NCBI RefSeq assembly: GCF_001447785.1
Contig: NW_015166426.1
Coordinates: 1,441,419 to 1,505,418, forward strand
DNA: 64,000 nucleotides
Reading direction: 5' to 3'
Origin: Gekko japonicus
Taxonomy: Eukaryota
Shown: positions 50,299-63,696 of the stretch, in pieces
Layout of the letters: the number at the start of each line of letters is the position of its first letter
Position numbering within the stretch: position 1 is the stretch's first letter
Notes under the pieces: generated by a model
What the model was told of the DNA's origin: nothing
The model's database searches: none
The model's input: the letters and a program-made list of their open reading frames with translations, nothing else
Program-made: the position numbers and the translations under genes

Positions 50299-50725
50299 TC
50301 CTGACCTGGACAGGACAGGCTAACCCAGTCTCATCAGAACTTGGAAGCTAAGCAGGGCCAGCCCTGGCTAGTGTTTGGATGGGAAACCTCCAAGGAATAC
50401 CAGGGTTATTATGATGTGTGGCCAGGTAGTGGCAAACCACCTCTGAATATCTCTTGTCTTGAAAATCCTACAGGGGTCACCATAAATTGGTTCCAACTTG
50501 ATGGCACTTTCCACCAACAAAGTATCATCAGGTTGCACCTTGCTCATGGCGAACCCTCATGAGGCTTTCAAGGCAAGAGATGAACAGGGGTAGTTTGCCA
50601 TTGCCTGCTTAGGTGTAACAACCCTGAACGTCCTTGGTAGGTTCATCCGAGTACTAACCGGGGCTGACCCTGCTAAACTGCCAAGATCTGATGAGATTGG
50701 GCTAGCCTAGGCTATCTGGGTCAGG
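50299..50725. mobile_element. Two 5S-derived SINEs tail-to-tail (50299-50520 + and ~50522-50725 -)
   Basis: A forward copy is immediately followed by a reverse-complement copy ending ATCTGGGTCAGG. Confidence 0.85.
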
Positions 50726-51619
50726 TATTTGAATAGAGCATTAAAATGTGACTTTGAGGTGAAAAATATGGATCTAGTGAAGATGAATTCACACAATCAT
50801 GATCCCAAGGTCAACACAGAAATATTCACCCCCATTCCCCTCCCCACCCCGCTCTGGTCAGATCACGTGGATTATTAAAATTATCCTGCATGGCTGTTCA
50901 GGGCTGAAATAACAAGTCTACAAACACTTCGTTTCCATAGCTATTGTTTTCTTTGCATTTCTCACTGGCACATGGCTATCAAAATATTAATCTTAGAGAA
51001 ATGAGCTGTTCCCTGACATTTGCCTGTAACAGCCTCTTTTATAGAATGATGTTTATCCTTTGGGGAAATGATTAAAACGGGAGTCTTACTGAATTTGAGT
51101 GAAGAGCCGAGCAGTATTTAAGGAAAGCACTTCTTCAAATAAATCTATACCCACTGGGGTCAGAGTAGCCTTAACTTGAAATACAAGCAAAGCGCGTTCT
51201 GGGGAGTTTTATGAGATTGGTTAAATACAAATATTATATTAAGCTGAAAGGAATTGTTAGGTGAGAGAGGCTCAGACCTTGAATCGACATGTGGAAATCT
51301 GCATCTCAAGACTGAAATTTTAGCTTTCAAAATGATGCCAGATTTTGTTTCTGCTCTGAGTACCAAGTGGACATATGAAGTGGCCTCCTGTTGAGTTAGA
51401 TCACTGGCCCTTCCAACTCAGTGTTGTCTAAGAGCAGAGAGAACACTTCCTTTGCATGCAGAAGGTCCCTTGTTCAATCCCTGGCATCTCCAGATCTCAG
51501 GTACTGAGGGTCTGCTGTTCCTGAGATCCCAGAAGGCTGCTCCCAGTTTTCTGAGGTCTCAAGCAGAGAACAGCCCGTCCCAATACCTGGTATATGATAT
51601 CCTTTAACTAGAGAAATTG

Positions 51620-51897
51620 TTCTTTCCCCAGTGAGTAATTAAATTGTGGAATTTATTGCCAATGAAGATAGTGATGGCCATAAGCATAGATGGCTTTTAA
51701 AGAGGGTTAGATGGATTCATGGAGGAGAGGTTCATGAATGGCTATTTGCCATAGTTAGTAAAGGGAACCTCCATATTCAGAGGCAGTAACCCTCTGAAAC
51801 CAAGTGGTAAGAGTCAACATCGGAGAAGGCCTTGGTCCTGTTTTTGGGCCCTACAGGGCAACTGGTTGGCTGCTGTGTGAAACAGGATGCTAGACTA
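51620..51897 (+). mobile_element. CR1 3' fragment
   Basis: GAGTAATTAAATTGTGGAATT.ATTGCC ... GATGGCTTTTAAAGAGGGTTAGA. Confidence 0.7.
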
Positions 51898-52090
51898 GTT
51901 ATTTGTTTTATCTACATCTCTATGCTGCTTTCCCACCAAACTCAGGGTCCCCACCCAATTCAGTGGCCAATATTTTGAACATTAAAACAGCATTTAAGGG
52001 GGGCGGGGCGTTGCGGCATTGATGGCGGCAGTGTGATTCCGGAGCTCTTATGCACGACTGCTCTCCTCCTCACTCCTCTTCATCAAAACC

Positions 52091-53056
52091 ATGCCGAAAC
52101 CCGAGATAACAGGCAGAACGGACCTGACAAAGCATAAATCGCCTCCTGCATCACTAAAATCTTCCAAAGAGACTCTTGAGGCTGCGTTTCAGCACGGAGC
52201 GATGGCATGGGCCGAAAACAAAATGGCGGCCGCCACAGCACACACAGAGCTAACTGCACCAGACACCTCATCTACAGCCATTCTGAACTACTTAAAGGTA
52301 ATGGAGGCATGTATTTCAGATAAGTTTGAGGACTTTAAAACTTCCCTACAGCAGACCTCCCCAAAAGCTGATGAGGCATGGGAAAGAAGCACTGCCAATC
52401 TGGCAGACATAAAAGTTCTGCAGGAAATCTCTGCAACGCAGAAAGACCACCTAATCTCCCTAGAAACAGAACTAAAGGCTGCAAACCTTAAAATTAGAGG
52501 GCTGCCAGAAAATGTGGAGAAAAATAAAGATTTAATTTGTTTTATGGCATAACTGATAGCTCATGCTCTTCATCTAGAGGAAGGAATACTTCCTACTATT
52601 ACGCTGGCTTCCCGTATGGGCCCCCCGCCAAGAAATACTCGCCCTTCCCCAAGAGATATAATTATTAATATCCCTGATGCAAGAGTACACCAAAGAATTC
52701 TTGAAGCTGCAAGGCATCCTGGTTCATTCATATTTGAAGGAGAACAATTGCAGATTTTCCCAGATATTCCCAAAGAAGCTATAGCCATTCGCAGAAGCCT
52801 AAAAACAACCACTGCCATGCTTCAAAAAATCCACCAAAAATACAAATGGCTCCCATCAGGAAAACCATTTGTGGCTCATCAAGGCCAATGCCTTCTTGTA
52901 TGGGATGAAGAAAGCGGTTTGGAACTTTTACGTAACTTAGAGCAAGATACCCCTATGGAACAAGGGGACAAAAGATCAAATAAGAGGAGGAACGTTTCAC
53001 CATCCTCACCTGAGAAACCCAGCAAACTACCAGTCCTAGCTAATGTTGCCACCTGA
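52091..53056 (+). pseudogene. L1 ORF1p (coiled coil, RRM, CTD), interrupted by in-frame stops
   Basis: NLKIRGLPE, PRDIII and LQIFPD motifs typical of L1 ORF1; stops near 52550-52560. Confidence 0.88.
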
Positions 53057-53475
53057 GTATTCAATATTAGAAAAGTTTTTAAATTAAGGTTAATTATAGG
53101 TCCGTAGCTTATTTGTGCATGGTTATAAACGTTATTATCACAAGATGTTGGGGAGGGGAGGGTTGTGGGGGGATATCCAGTTGTTTGCTCCCCATTGGTG
53201 TGATCAAGTGACTGAATTTATTCAGTCTTCCAGGAGTTTCCTGGCTCTTGATAATTCCTTAGTTAAAGTTAGTGCTTTTAAGAATTGACTGTAACAAAGA
53301 TCTACCTTAAGTTGGGTTTTGAGGTTTTGATAAAGGGTGGGGAGGTTGGTTTTATTGTTCTACATTTCAATTAAATTAATCCTGACAACAGTACATCATT
53401 ATATTGTTTTAGTGGATTGGTAGTTAAGATCTGTTTGTACTTCATACCAATCTGTTAAGATTGAGTGTTATACTT

Positions 53476-56400
53476 ATGGCTGATGTATATAACATTAGAA
53501 CGATTAATGTGAGAGGCTTAAACAACAATATTAAGTGAAAACGTATGACATCATTTATTTTGAAATCAAAACCTGAAATTATAATAATGCGAGAAATTCA
53601 CCTGAAACCGAACAGCAGCACAGTTTTACCCTCAAAATGGTATGATCAACAATACCAATACCAGAGGAGTTGCCATATTATTAGCCAAAACTGTACATTT
53701 TAAATTAGAGGATAAGATGGAAGACTCACTTGGAAGATTTTTATTTATTAAAGGAGACCTGGATCAGCGTAAAGTCACGATAGCATCTATATACGCACCC
53801 AACGAGAGACAGGAACAATTTTTGGATGAAACATTGGAAAACTTAACACCTTCAAAGCAGGACAACTAATAATTGGAGGAGACTTTAACTTAATTACAGA
53901 TCATCATCTTGATAGGTCAGATTCACAAAGAAATAAGAAAGCACAACCAGAAAAGATACACTAAACTATAAGAAATACTAGGGAAACACCACCTGTGCGA
54001 TGCCTGGAGAGAATCACACGAAGGGGAAAGAGATTATACTTATTTCTCTCCAAGGTTCCAAACTTATTCCCTCATAGATTACATTGTAATTGAAGACTTT
54101 CTTCTGACCAATCTAGTGGGAACAATCATTCTTCCATTTGTGTGGTCGGACCATGTGTACGTGGAAATGAGACTAAGACCACCCAGAAGAAAAACATGGA
54201 GATTGAACAACTTTATTTTATTCCGAGACCAATACAAAGAGAAAATCGCCCAAACTATCAAATTTTACTTTAAAAAAATGCAAACGGAGAGGTGTTGGAC
54301 AACATCGTCAGGGACGCCTTCAAGGTGGTGGCTAGAGGAAAACTGATGGCTGCAGCATCAAAACTGAAAAAAGAAAGAGAATTTCAAATAAGATCATTAT
54401 TAGAAAAAATTCACTCCCTAGAATCATCACATAAAAAACCAGGAAGAAAATGTATAAAGAGCTTATAGCAACTCGAAGAATACTGGAATCTACTGAAACA
54501 CGTCAAATACAAAATAACATATTATATATAAAACAACAATACTGGCAAAAAAACCCCAAAAAGTATTAAATTACTGGCTTGGCGAGTGAAAAAACAACAG
54601 GCAGACAGGACAGCTATTGACAACAAGAATACCAAACACACTGATCCTCTGGGGATAAACGAATGTTTCACTCAGTTTTTATGAACGATTGTATACCTCA
54701 CAAACCCCCATAGAGTCAGGCATTCAGGACTTTCTTCATGCCAACAACTTAATAAACAAATTGAAACCAGAACACCGCTTATGGATGGATCAACCAATTA
54801 CCACCGAAGAAGTCCTTACAGTTATAAAACAAACAAAACCAAACGCAGCACTTGGTAGTGACGGTTTTGGACCACTGTTCTATAAAACTTTTAATGTAAC
54901 ACTAGCTGATCACCTGGTACGAACGTGCAATTCTGTTTTGGAAACAGGTAACCTGCCAGCCTCCTGGAAGGAATCACACATTATCACAATACCTAAAGAA
55001 AACAAGAACTGGGAGATTCCATCTTCCTATCGACCTATTGCTTTGTTGAACTGCGATGCTAAGCTGTTTACAAAAATTTTAGCTAACCGCCTACAAAAAA
55101 TCATTTCGGAGTACATAAATCCGGACCAGACCGGATTTATACCTACAAGATCGCTGATGGACAATATCCGCCAAACTTTAAATGTGATTTCACACTGTAA
55201 ACAACAAAACACAGATTCTCTTTTATTAACTATTGACTTAGAGAAAGTGTTCGACAGCTTGGAAGTCACCTACTTGAAGACACTGCTGAAAAAAAATTAA
55301 CTTTGGAGAAAAGTTCCAAACAGCAATAACAGCTCTCTGTGCTAACCCATCTGCAAGAATTTTGACAAATAATTTTCTGGGCAGACCTATCCCTTTACAA
55401 TGAGGTACTCGACAAGGCTGCCCATTATCACCTCTGTTGTTCGCCTTGGCGATTGAACCCTTAGCTATGGCTATTAGAAACAACCCAAAGATTAAAGGAA
55501 TACAGATTGGCAAATCCTCACATAAGGTTAGCCTCTACGCCGATGACTTGGTTATCTTCCTTACAGAACCAGAAACATCGTTATTGGAACTACAGAAACT
55601 CTTTGTGAAAATATACCCCCTTTCTGGTTTAAAGATAAATCTGGAAAAATCACAAATCATCCCGATTAAAATCAATCCATTCACGAAACAACGAATCCAA
55701 TCTCAGTTCACATATAAATGGTCCTTCTCCCAGTGGAGATGTTTGAGGATTCAGATTCCTCCAGATTTAAAAGACTTAATATCCTGTAATTTCCAAGTGA
55801 TTTCACAAGAAGTCATAAGAACATAAGAACATAAGAGATGCCAATGTTGGATCAGGCCAAAGGCCCATCCAGTCCAACACTCTGTATCACACAGTGGCCA
55901 GAAATACCAGTGCCATCAGGAGGTCCACCAGTGGGGCCAGGACATTAGAAGCCCTCCCACTGTTGACCCCCCCCCAAGCACCAAGATGACAGAGCATCAC
56001 TTGCCCCAGAGTCCCTATCTATACTTTGTGGCTAATAGCCACTGATGGACCTCTGCTCCATATGCTTATCTAATTCCCTTTTGAAGCCGTCCATGCTTGT
56101 AGCCACCACCACTTCCTGTGGCAGTGAATTCCAAGTGTTAATCACTCTTTGGGTGAAGAAGTACTTCCTTTTATCCGTTCTAACCCGACCGCTCAGTAAT
56201 TTCATGGAGTGCCCAGGAGTTCTTGTATTGTGAGAAAGGGAGAAAAGTACCTCTTTCTCTACCTGCTCTTTCCCATGCATAAGTCAAAGGCCAAATGAAA
56301 CAATGGGACACATTGGGACTTTCCTGGGCAGACATAATTAGCATTATCAAAAGCTTCATTCTTCCAAATTTTCTATTTGCGTTTAGAGTGTTACCGGTTC

Positions 56401-57690
56401 ACATACCCAAAATGCTCTCCTAAAATTCTTCTGAAGTTATAAAAAAAACCCCGGATCAAAAACATTACCCTGAAACGCTCAACCCAGTCAGGATGCTTGG
56501 ACTTCCCAGATCTTCCTCTATATTATGAGGCCACACAGCTGTCCTCTTTAGTGAGAATTTTAATTTCTGATAACTCTCCGAAATGGCAAGACATAGAGGA
56601 AGTAAAGAATAACACATACCCTCTCTCTGACGTAATCTGGCAAAGTCCTAACGAAAGACCAGCACTTTCAGCAACAAACCCATATCTTCAGTCAGCTTTA
56701 GAGATCTGGGACAGACGTAAAAAAATATTACTCCCAGCATGTTCAAAACTAACATCGTTCCTCAATCAATCCTGGTTCCCCCCAAGCAAAGAGGAAAATG
56801 CCTTCCGGAACTGGAGAAAGGCTGGCCTTACGAGAATAATAGACATAACGGACAAAGGTGCTCCACTCACAAAAGCAGCTTTGGAGAGAAAACTCGGAGA
56901 GAATATCCCATGGTTCCGTTACCTTCAAATTCAACATCTAGCCTGAGAATGGCTGTCCAGAAATACAGCTCCTCACACGCTCTCGACATTCGAACTCCCG
57001 ATCAGAAACAAAAATGGAGAGATTAAGGGTTTAATCTCGAAATTATATAAAATCCTATGCACTGCACTGCAACAGAACACTTTAGCCTCACAAATCAAAT
57101 GGCAAATCGACTGCCAAAACAGGCTCCAAATAGACTCATGGGACCAAATCTGGAGCTCACCCAGTCTTTCATCTAAAATCTTCTGTATCAAACTAAATTT
57201 CTTTAAAACTCTTCATCGATGGTACCTAACACCGCTAAATAAAATGAACCCAAGAATTAACAAACTCTGCTGGAAAAAATGCGGGATGACTGGAGATTTT
57301 ATACACTGTTGGTGGTCCTGCTCCTCATCTCAACAGTTCTGGACACAAATATTACAACAAATCCACAAAATGACAGGATATAACTTACCTTTCCTACCTG
57401 AAACTGTCTTGCTGGATGTCTTCCCGGATACCTGTAAAAGGAAAGATACAAAACCACTAATAGCAACGTTATTAGCAATCGCAAGAATCACTCTAGCCCA
57501 GTATTGGAAAAACAAAAATCAACCCACCCTACAATGTTGGCAAAATAAAATCTGGAAACACTTTGTATATGGCAAAATAGTCTCTCACCAAAACTCTTTT
57601 CAAGCAACTTGGTTCCCAGCAGTGAACTATCTCGTAGAAGCAGGAGTCATTCCTAACAATAAACATTATCAAGATCTGTTATATTTCTAA
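53476..57690 (+). pseudogene. L1 ORF2p (APE endonuclease, reverse transcriptase, CCHC), with multiple stops, frameshifts and a CR1 insertion
   Basis: TINVRGL, IYAPN, GGDFN and SDH (EN); YRPIALLN, QTGF, QGCPLSPLLF and YADD (RT); CWKKCG...HCWWSC. Confidence 0.93.
55816..56280 (-). mobile_element. 5'-truncated CR1 inserted into L1 ORF2
   Basis: (TTCTTATG)n tail; closely similar to 19114-19570; 6-bp TSD AAGTCA (55810-55815 and 56281-56286). Removing it restores ...QEVKGQMKQWDTLGLSW. Confidence 0.92.
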
Positions 57691-58028
57691 ATTATATTAA
57701 AGCAATTTTAGTCAGATAGGATTGAATTGACATATGGGAGTAAAGGAGACATTGAAGATTAAGAAAAATCAATTAATTTAAGATGTAAATACGTGTTATA
57801 AATGTTGTACTGTTGAATATAATGTTCAAAAATAAAAATACTTATTTTTAAAAAAAAACAAAAACAGCATTTAAAATACAAATATATAAAAAAATATTTA
57901 AAACAATTAAATAAAACATGAAGACACATAGACAAACAAACAGGGAGGGAGATTAATAGGAGTTAGTGAGGGAACACCAAACAAAACAAAAAACTCTTCT
58001 GCTGTTGGTGGGAAACAACTATAGAGGA

Positions 58029-58510
58029 GGAGAAGAAGACCTGGTTTTTATAGCCCACTTCTCTAGAGAAGAGAACCAGCTTGGTGTAGTGGTTAAGAGT
58101 GGCGGACTCTAATCTGGTGAACCGGGTTTGGTTCCCCACTCCTCCACAGGAAGCCAGCTGGGTGACCTTGGGTCAGTCACAGTTCTCTGAGAACTCACTC
58201 AGCCCCACCTACCTCACAGGGTGTCTGTTGTGGGGATAAGAAGTAAAGGCTATTGTAAGCCACTTCAAGACTCCTTCAAGTAGTGAAGAGTGGGGTATAA
58301 AAACCAACTCTTCTTCTCCCCCCCCCCCAGGAGTCTCAAAGTGGCTTAGAATCGCCTTTCCGTCCTGTCCCCTTGACAGGCACCTTATGAGGACAGGCTG
58401 AGAGTGTGACTCACCCTAGGTCACCCAGCAGGCTTCATGTGTAGAAGTGGGGAATCAAACCTGGTTCTCTGGATTAGAGTCTGCTGCACTTAAACACTAC
58501 ACCACGCTGG
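58029..58510. mobile_element. Minus-strand Squam3 SINE with a plus-strand Squam3 (58076-58317) nested in its tail, all within an old L2-type remnant
   Basis: Tail AGAAGAAG..TTTATAGCCCAC at 58029-58063; the remainder runs 58330-58510 ending CACTACACCACGCTGG, with a forward copy in between. Confidence 0.8.
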
Positions 58511-60387
58511 AGAGAGATACTGGAGACAGACTCCCGGGAGAGAGAGTTCCAAAATTTCAGGACCACAGCTGAGAAGGCTGGTTTTTAGGTTGCCCCCTTT
58601 CTAGCCTCAGATGGCAGAGGCACCCTAGGCATGGCTTCTGAAGATGACCAGAGAAGTCAGGTAGGTTTAGATGGGGAATATGCCATCCTTGAGGACTAGA
58701 TGGACCACTGGTCTGATCCAGCAGGGCTCTTCTTATGTTCCTGCGCCAAGCACTAAACATGAGACCTTCTGTATGCAAGGCATATGCTCTCTTGCTCCCC
58801 ATTTTCCCAATATAGTTTTATCCCAATGAAATCTGATACCCTGGTGTCTTTGTTTGTTTTTGTTGTTGTTGTTGTTATTCAAACCATTGTAGTGTTCCAG
58901 AGAGTTGAGGGAGTGGAGAGACAATGAGAGAGAAAGAGAGAGAGAGATGAGCTGGCAAGGCAAATCTATGATTGCTGCTTTATTCATAAAAAAACCTACT
59001 TTACTGAGTGCATTTAGTAATTTGCCATTGTAAGCACTCACACACAGGGCTTTCAGTGCAGGGGCCAGACGCTGTATGTAGTTTGTGCTTTGATGGCACA
59101 GCTAAAACTTCCATTTGTATGCATTTATTCGGCTTTGCACATTATGTTATCAGTCACTTTCAATATTTCAAAGTCACAGCAGTCTCTTTCTGACACACAT
59201 TTGTCAGAATGAACTGCCTTGATTGTTATTATTAAATACCGGTGCTCCTGAGTAAGGGAAAAACCTCATGCTTAGACTCAGAATATTGAAACTGTCTGAT
59301 AAAACAGTAAATTAAACAACAGAAATGCTGAATAAATTAATACAAATATATACTTTAGGCAGGTGGGATGGAAAGCCTTGCTACAGTTACAAATGCAGTT
59401 TAGAAATTCATTCAGTATAGAAAAAAGTATAGGTAATTTAAAATAATAATAATAAGATTGTATCATACTGGATAATTTTTCACTGCATATCAGTTACCAA
59501 GTAAAAGATTATTTTAGTTATGACTCCTGGTAATCCCCAAAGGACCTTGTCCTGAGAAGCATTACTTTTTATTAATACAATATGTCTTCATGGGATTGGA
59601 GGCTAACTCGTCTAATTAAGTTCTACTCATCCATCCCTTTTGCTTAACTAACATCACGTTATCATGTGTGAAAGAGTGCCATTTTGGTTTGGGCACATCA
59701 GATCTATAAGACAGGGATTGTTGGAATTTTAAAACAGAGGCTGCCATGTATATCAGTCAAAGTGGAGCTCACTAAACTGAGCTGTCTAAACAGATTAGTT
59801 GTCCAGTATTTTAGACTAAATCTAAATTTTGCAGCAGCAACAGTTTCTCAGGATCCATAAGTGTGATCTGGTTTTCTCTGTGTCTCAGTTATAGTTCCCC
59901 TAGTTAGGCAGTAAAAAGAGCGATATATTTTACACTGCCCTGGTATCACTCACCAGTGGCTCTCTCCATTCAGTTTGCACACCAACTGATGTGTCAGTTT
60001 AAAGGCCAAGCAGTCAAGTAAAAATCAATGTGCATCGATTTTTGTGTGATTTCCCCCCTCCCTCCTGACTAGTGGTTGAAATATAATAAGGAAAGACCAC
60101 AGTGCTGGTGCCAATGCACCAAGGATGTTTCATGGTTTGTTCAGACAATGCCAGTAACTTGCACTGTTATTTGTGGAGCAGGGGTAAGGGAGTGGAAGCA
60201 GGTCAGTAATTGGACATAGATGGCAGTTTTGTAGACAGTAGCTGCTGTCCATTTAACCCTTTAAATTTTCTACTTTATTCAAGCCCACCCTCTTAAAGCT
60301 AGAAGTGGGACATTTGTTGCCACAGTTTAGAAAGCACAGTCAGAGATGTTGGTGGCAGGGAGTTAATATGAGTGGTCAGGCGCACTT

Positions 60388-60595
60388 GCCCTGACCTGGA
60401 TGGGCCAGGCTAACCTTGTCAGATCTCAGAAGTTAAAGAAGGTTGGCCCTGATACTTGGATAGGAGACCACCAAGAAAGTCCAGGATTGCTGCACAGGGG
60501 CACGCAATGGCAAATCACCTCGGTTTTTATCTTACCTTGAAAACCCTACTGGGTCGCTGTAAGTCATCTGTGACTTAGCAACACTTTCCAGCACC
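60388..60595 (+). mobile_element. 5S-derived SINE (another copy at ~61117-61310)
   Basis: Family head, body and tail. Confidence 0.82.
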
Positions 60596-60606
60596 AAGAT
60601 GGCCTT

Positions 60607-60883
60607 TGTTGTTGTTCAGTCGCACAGTCAAGTCCGACTCTTCGCGACCCCATGGACCAGCTCCTGCCAGGCCCTCCTGTCTTCCGCCGTCCTCTGAAGT
60701 TTGCTCAATTTCATGTTCGTTGCATCTATGACACTGTCTAACCATCTCATCCTTTGCCGTCCCCGTCCTCTTTGACCTTCAGTCTTTCCCAGCATCAGGG
60801 TCTTCTCCAGGGAGTGCTCTCTTCTCATTTGGTGGCCAAAGTATTTGAGCTTCAGTTTCATTATCTGGCCTTCCAGGGAACAG
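60607..60883 (-). mobile_element. RTE/Bov-B LINE 3' fragment
   Basis: SLEGQIMKLKLKYFGHQMRR..SLEKTLMLGK.EG.R.RGRQRMRWLD...VHGVAKSRT; (CAA)n tail; 11-bp TSD AAGATGGCCTT (60596-60606 and 60884-60894). Confidence 0.93.
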
Positions 60884-61880
60884 AAGATGGCCTTGGACTG
60901 TCTTAAATAACAGCTGGAGTCATCATAGCAGTTCTGTAAACAACTCAGCCAAGACTGTTTGAGAGAGATGAGGAAAGGGTTTTTTTTCTTTCTTTCTTGG
61001 GAGGAGCCACCAAAGGGAAATTTTGGGACCAAATTTTGACTGGAGGTAGGGAAAGAATGGTAGGAAATTAATTTTGGGGAGGGGAAATGATTTGTGGTCA
61101 TCTTGTAGCAAAGTAGTCTTGACCTGGGTAGCCCAGGCTATCCCAACCTCATCAGATCTCAGAAGCTAAGTGGGCCCTGGTAAGTATTTGGTATTCCAAA
61201 GAATATCAAGGTTGCGATGCAGAGGCAGGCAATGGCAAATCATCTCTGAACATCTCTCTCCTTGAAAACCCTACTGGGTCACTGTAATTTGGCTGCAACT
61301 TGACAGCATTTTTTCTTGTAGTGAAGTGAGTGATAGGAAGTAACAGAAGGACATTTGGTGGGATCTGGGAGGGGTGTAGGAGGTAAATTAATGTTTGAGG
61401 GGAGGTGATCGATGTTGGTGAGTGAATTTGATAAAGTCTGTTTAAGTATATCAACTTTATTTCTATCTTATATTCAGTTTGTAGCCTTGGGAAAGTAATT
61501 TGTCTCCATCGAATCCAGCCCCCTTCTAGCAATCAGGGTTGATAGAAGGGGACTGAGTACATGAAGCTGTGGTGGAGCAGAAAAAAGGAGCCTTGGATGG
61601 GTTGATCCAATAGAAGCTGTGAATTCAGTGGGATGACGGGAGCTGAAATGTGGCCACTTCTTGGGAGCATCAACCATCCTTGCCTTCAGTTATTCCATTT
61701 GTGCAATAGAACAGTGTGCAAATAGTGTTCCGTTCATTTGGGTACTGGAATTGCAACCTTGCAGGTAAAGATCTGGTCTACATCTAGCTAAATTCATTAT
61801 CTTTCCGCTCAAAATTTAAGTACTAGTGGATCGTCCCATTGCTGCATGTCCACATGACAGCTTACTGTCACAAGCTGGAA

Positions 61881-62225
61881 CATGTGTGTATGTCGGTTCA
61901 GTGCCATCAAGTTTCTTCTGATATATGGCAACCCTATGAATCAGTGACCTCCAAAACATCCTGTCATTAACAGCCTTGCTCAGGTCTTGCAAACGGAGGG
62001 CCGTGGCTTCCCCTATATAGAACCAACCCTTCTCACGCTGGGTTTCCCCCTTTTCCTTCTGCCTTCAACTTTCAAAGCATTATTGCCTCTTCCAGTGTCT
62101 CTCGTCTTCTCATAATGTGACCAAAGTACGACAGCCTCAGTTGAGTCACTTTAGCTTCGAGGGAGAGTTCAGGCTTTGATCTAGAACCCACTTATTTGCC
62201 TTTTTGGTGGCCCACAGTATCCGTA
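61881..62225 (-). mobile_element. RTE LINE 3' fragment (second, older family)
   Basis: Minus strand encodes a decayed LSYFGHIMRR..LEEAIML..VEGRRKRG; 9-bp TSD AAGCTGGAA (61872-61880 and 62226-62234). Confidence 0.85.
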
Positions 62226-63187
62226 AAGCTGGAATTTAGGTGATAAAAATGTAGAAAGCTGCTATTGTCTGTCCTCGTGCAGTATCTACATTTCAGCATT
62301 GTCTGGAGGAATCCTTTTTGCATTACTTGCAGTGAAATCCTAAGCAGAGTTATACTGTGCTAAGTCCATTAAAGTCACTGGCCTCAGAAGGGTGTAACTC
62401 CACTTAAGATAGTGCTGTTAATGGTGCAGACCGTTGCCTGCTAATGAGAAAAAGGAAACATGAAAATACATGACATAAAATAACAGGGAGGGGGGACTTT
62501 TCAAGGTGGGCGATATCATCGCAGCATGCTCTGATTCCCCACATCAGTCATACATGCAGCAAGCCATAAATGCTTGAAAAGCAAGCAGGCAAATATGAAA
62601 TGGCAAAAATAACTGATACGTTCCAGTAAGTGGTTACAAAGCATCGCTAAGGAGAGCATCAGCATCCATAATGAAAACTAACACCTGCAGGGAGTTTAAA
62701 TGAAAGATAAGCTGGTTTCTGTATAATTCACAAAAACTCTATTAACGTAGCACTGAGAGTGGGACAAAGCAGTAAAAGAAAGAAATTTTCAGAATTAAAT
62801 CTCCTAAATCCAAATGTCCCAGGAGCCAAAAAACAGAATAGCATGAAAGTTCTTCTGTCTTCTTATGATTTAGCACTTCAAACACCCTTCTCAGAACTGA
62901 ATTTTATTGCTGTTGTGAGTGCAGGCTTCTGTCCTCCTTCATAGGCACTAAGAATAAGGTAGAAGCCCTGGGATGTAAGAAATTATGTGCATTCCTATTG
63001 TGCATACCTCTCTCTCTCTGTGTGAAAGAGCTGCAAATACCCTAATTTGGTTGGAGAGCTTTCTTCTGTGCTTTAGATAATATTTGTCATCCACTGTTTC
63101 TTTGCACAAATGTTATCATCATATAAGGCCTAAGAACCTTTCCAGGCCCTGAGTTGGATCCAGTCAGTTTTCCATGGGTGAAAAAAA

Positions 63188-63424
63188 GTGTAGTGGTTAA
63201 GTGTGCGGACTCTAATCTGGGAGAACCGGGTTTGATTCCCCACTCCTCCACTTGCACCTGCTGATGTGACCTTGGGTCAGTCACAAGCTCTGGCACAGCT
63301 GTCCTTGAAAAAGAGCAGTTTGTGTCAGAGTTCCCTCAGCCCCACCCACCTCACAGGGTGTCTGTTGTGGGGAGGGGAAGGGAGAGGAGTTTGTAAGCCG
63401 CTCTGAAACTCCAAGTGAAAGGCG
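63188..63424 (+). mobile_element. Squam3-like SINE running into an assembly gap
   Basis: Family head and body. Confidence 0.85.
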
Positions 63425-63696
63425 NNNNNNNNNNNNNNNNNNNNNNNNNNNNNNNNNNNNNNNNNNNNNNNNNNNNNNNNNNNNNNNNNNNNNNNNNNNN
63501 NNNNNNNNNNNNNNNNNNNNNNNNNNNNNNNNNNNNNNNNNNNNNNNNNNNNNNNNNNNNNNNNNNNNNNNNNNNNNNNNNNNNNNNNNNNNNNNNNNNN
63601 NNNNNNNNNNNNNNNNNNNNNNNNNNNNNNNNNNNNNNNNNNNNNNNNNNNNNNNNNNNNNNNNNNNNNNNNNNNNNNNNNNNNNNNNNNNNNNNN
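63425..63696. other. Assembly gap (other N runs at 13935-14062 and 36617-36657)
   Basis: Runs of N. Confidence 0.99.

Larger units (their letters stand above)
51998..57860 (+). mobile_element. Full-length L1 LINE (decayed), sense to GRID2
   Basis: 14-bp TSD AAAACAGCATTTAA (51984-51997 and 57861-57874) at a TT|AAAA site; G-rich start; ORF1, ~420-bp spacer, ORF2, AATAAA and poly(A). Confidence 0.95.
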
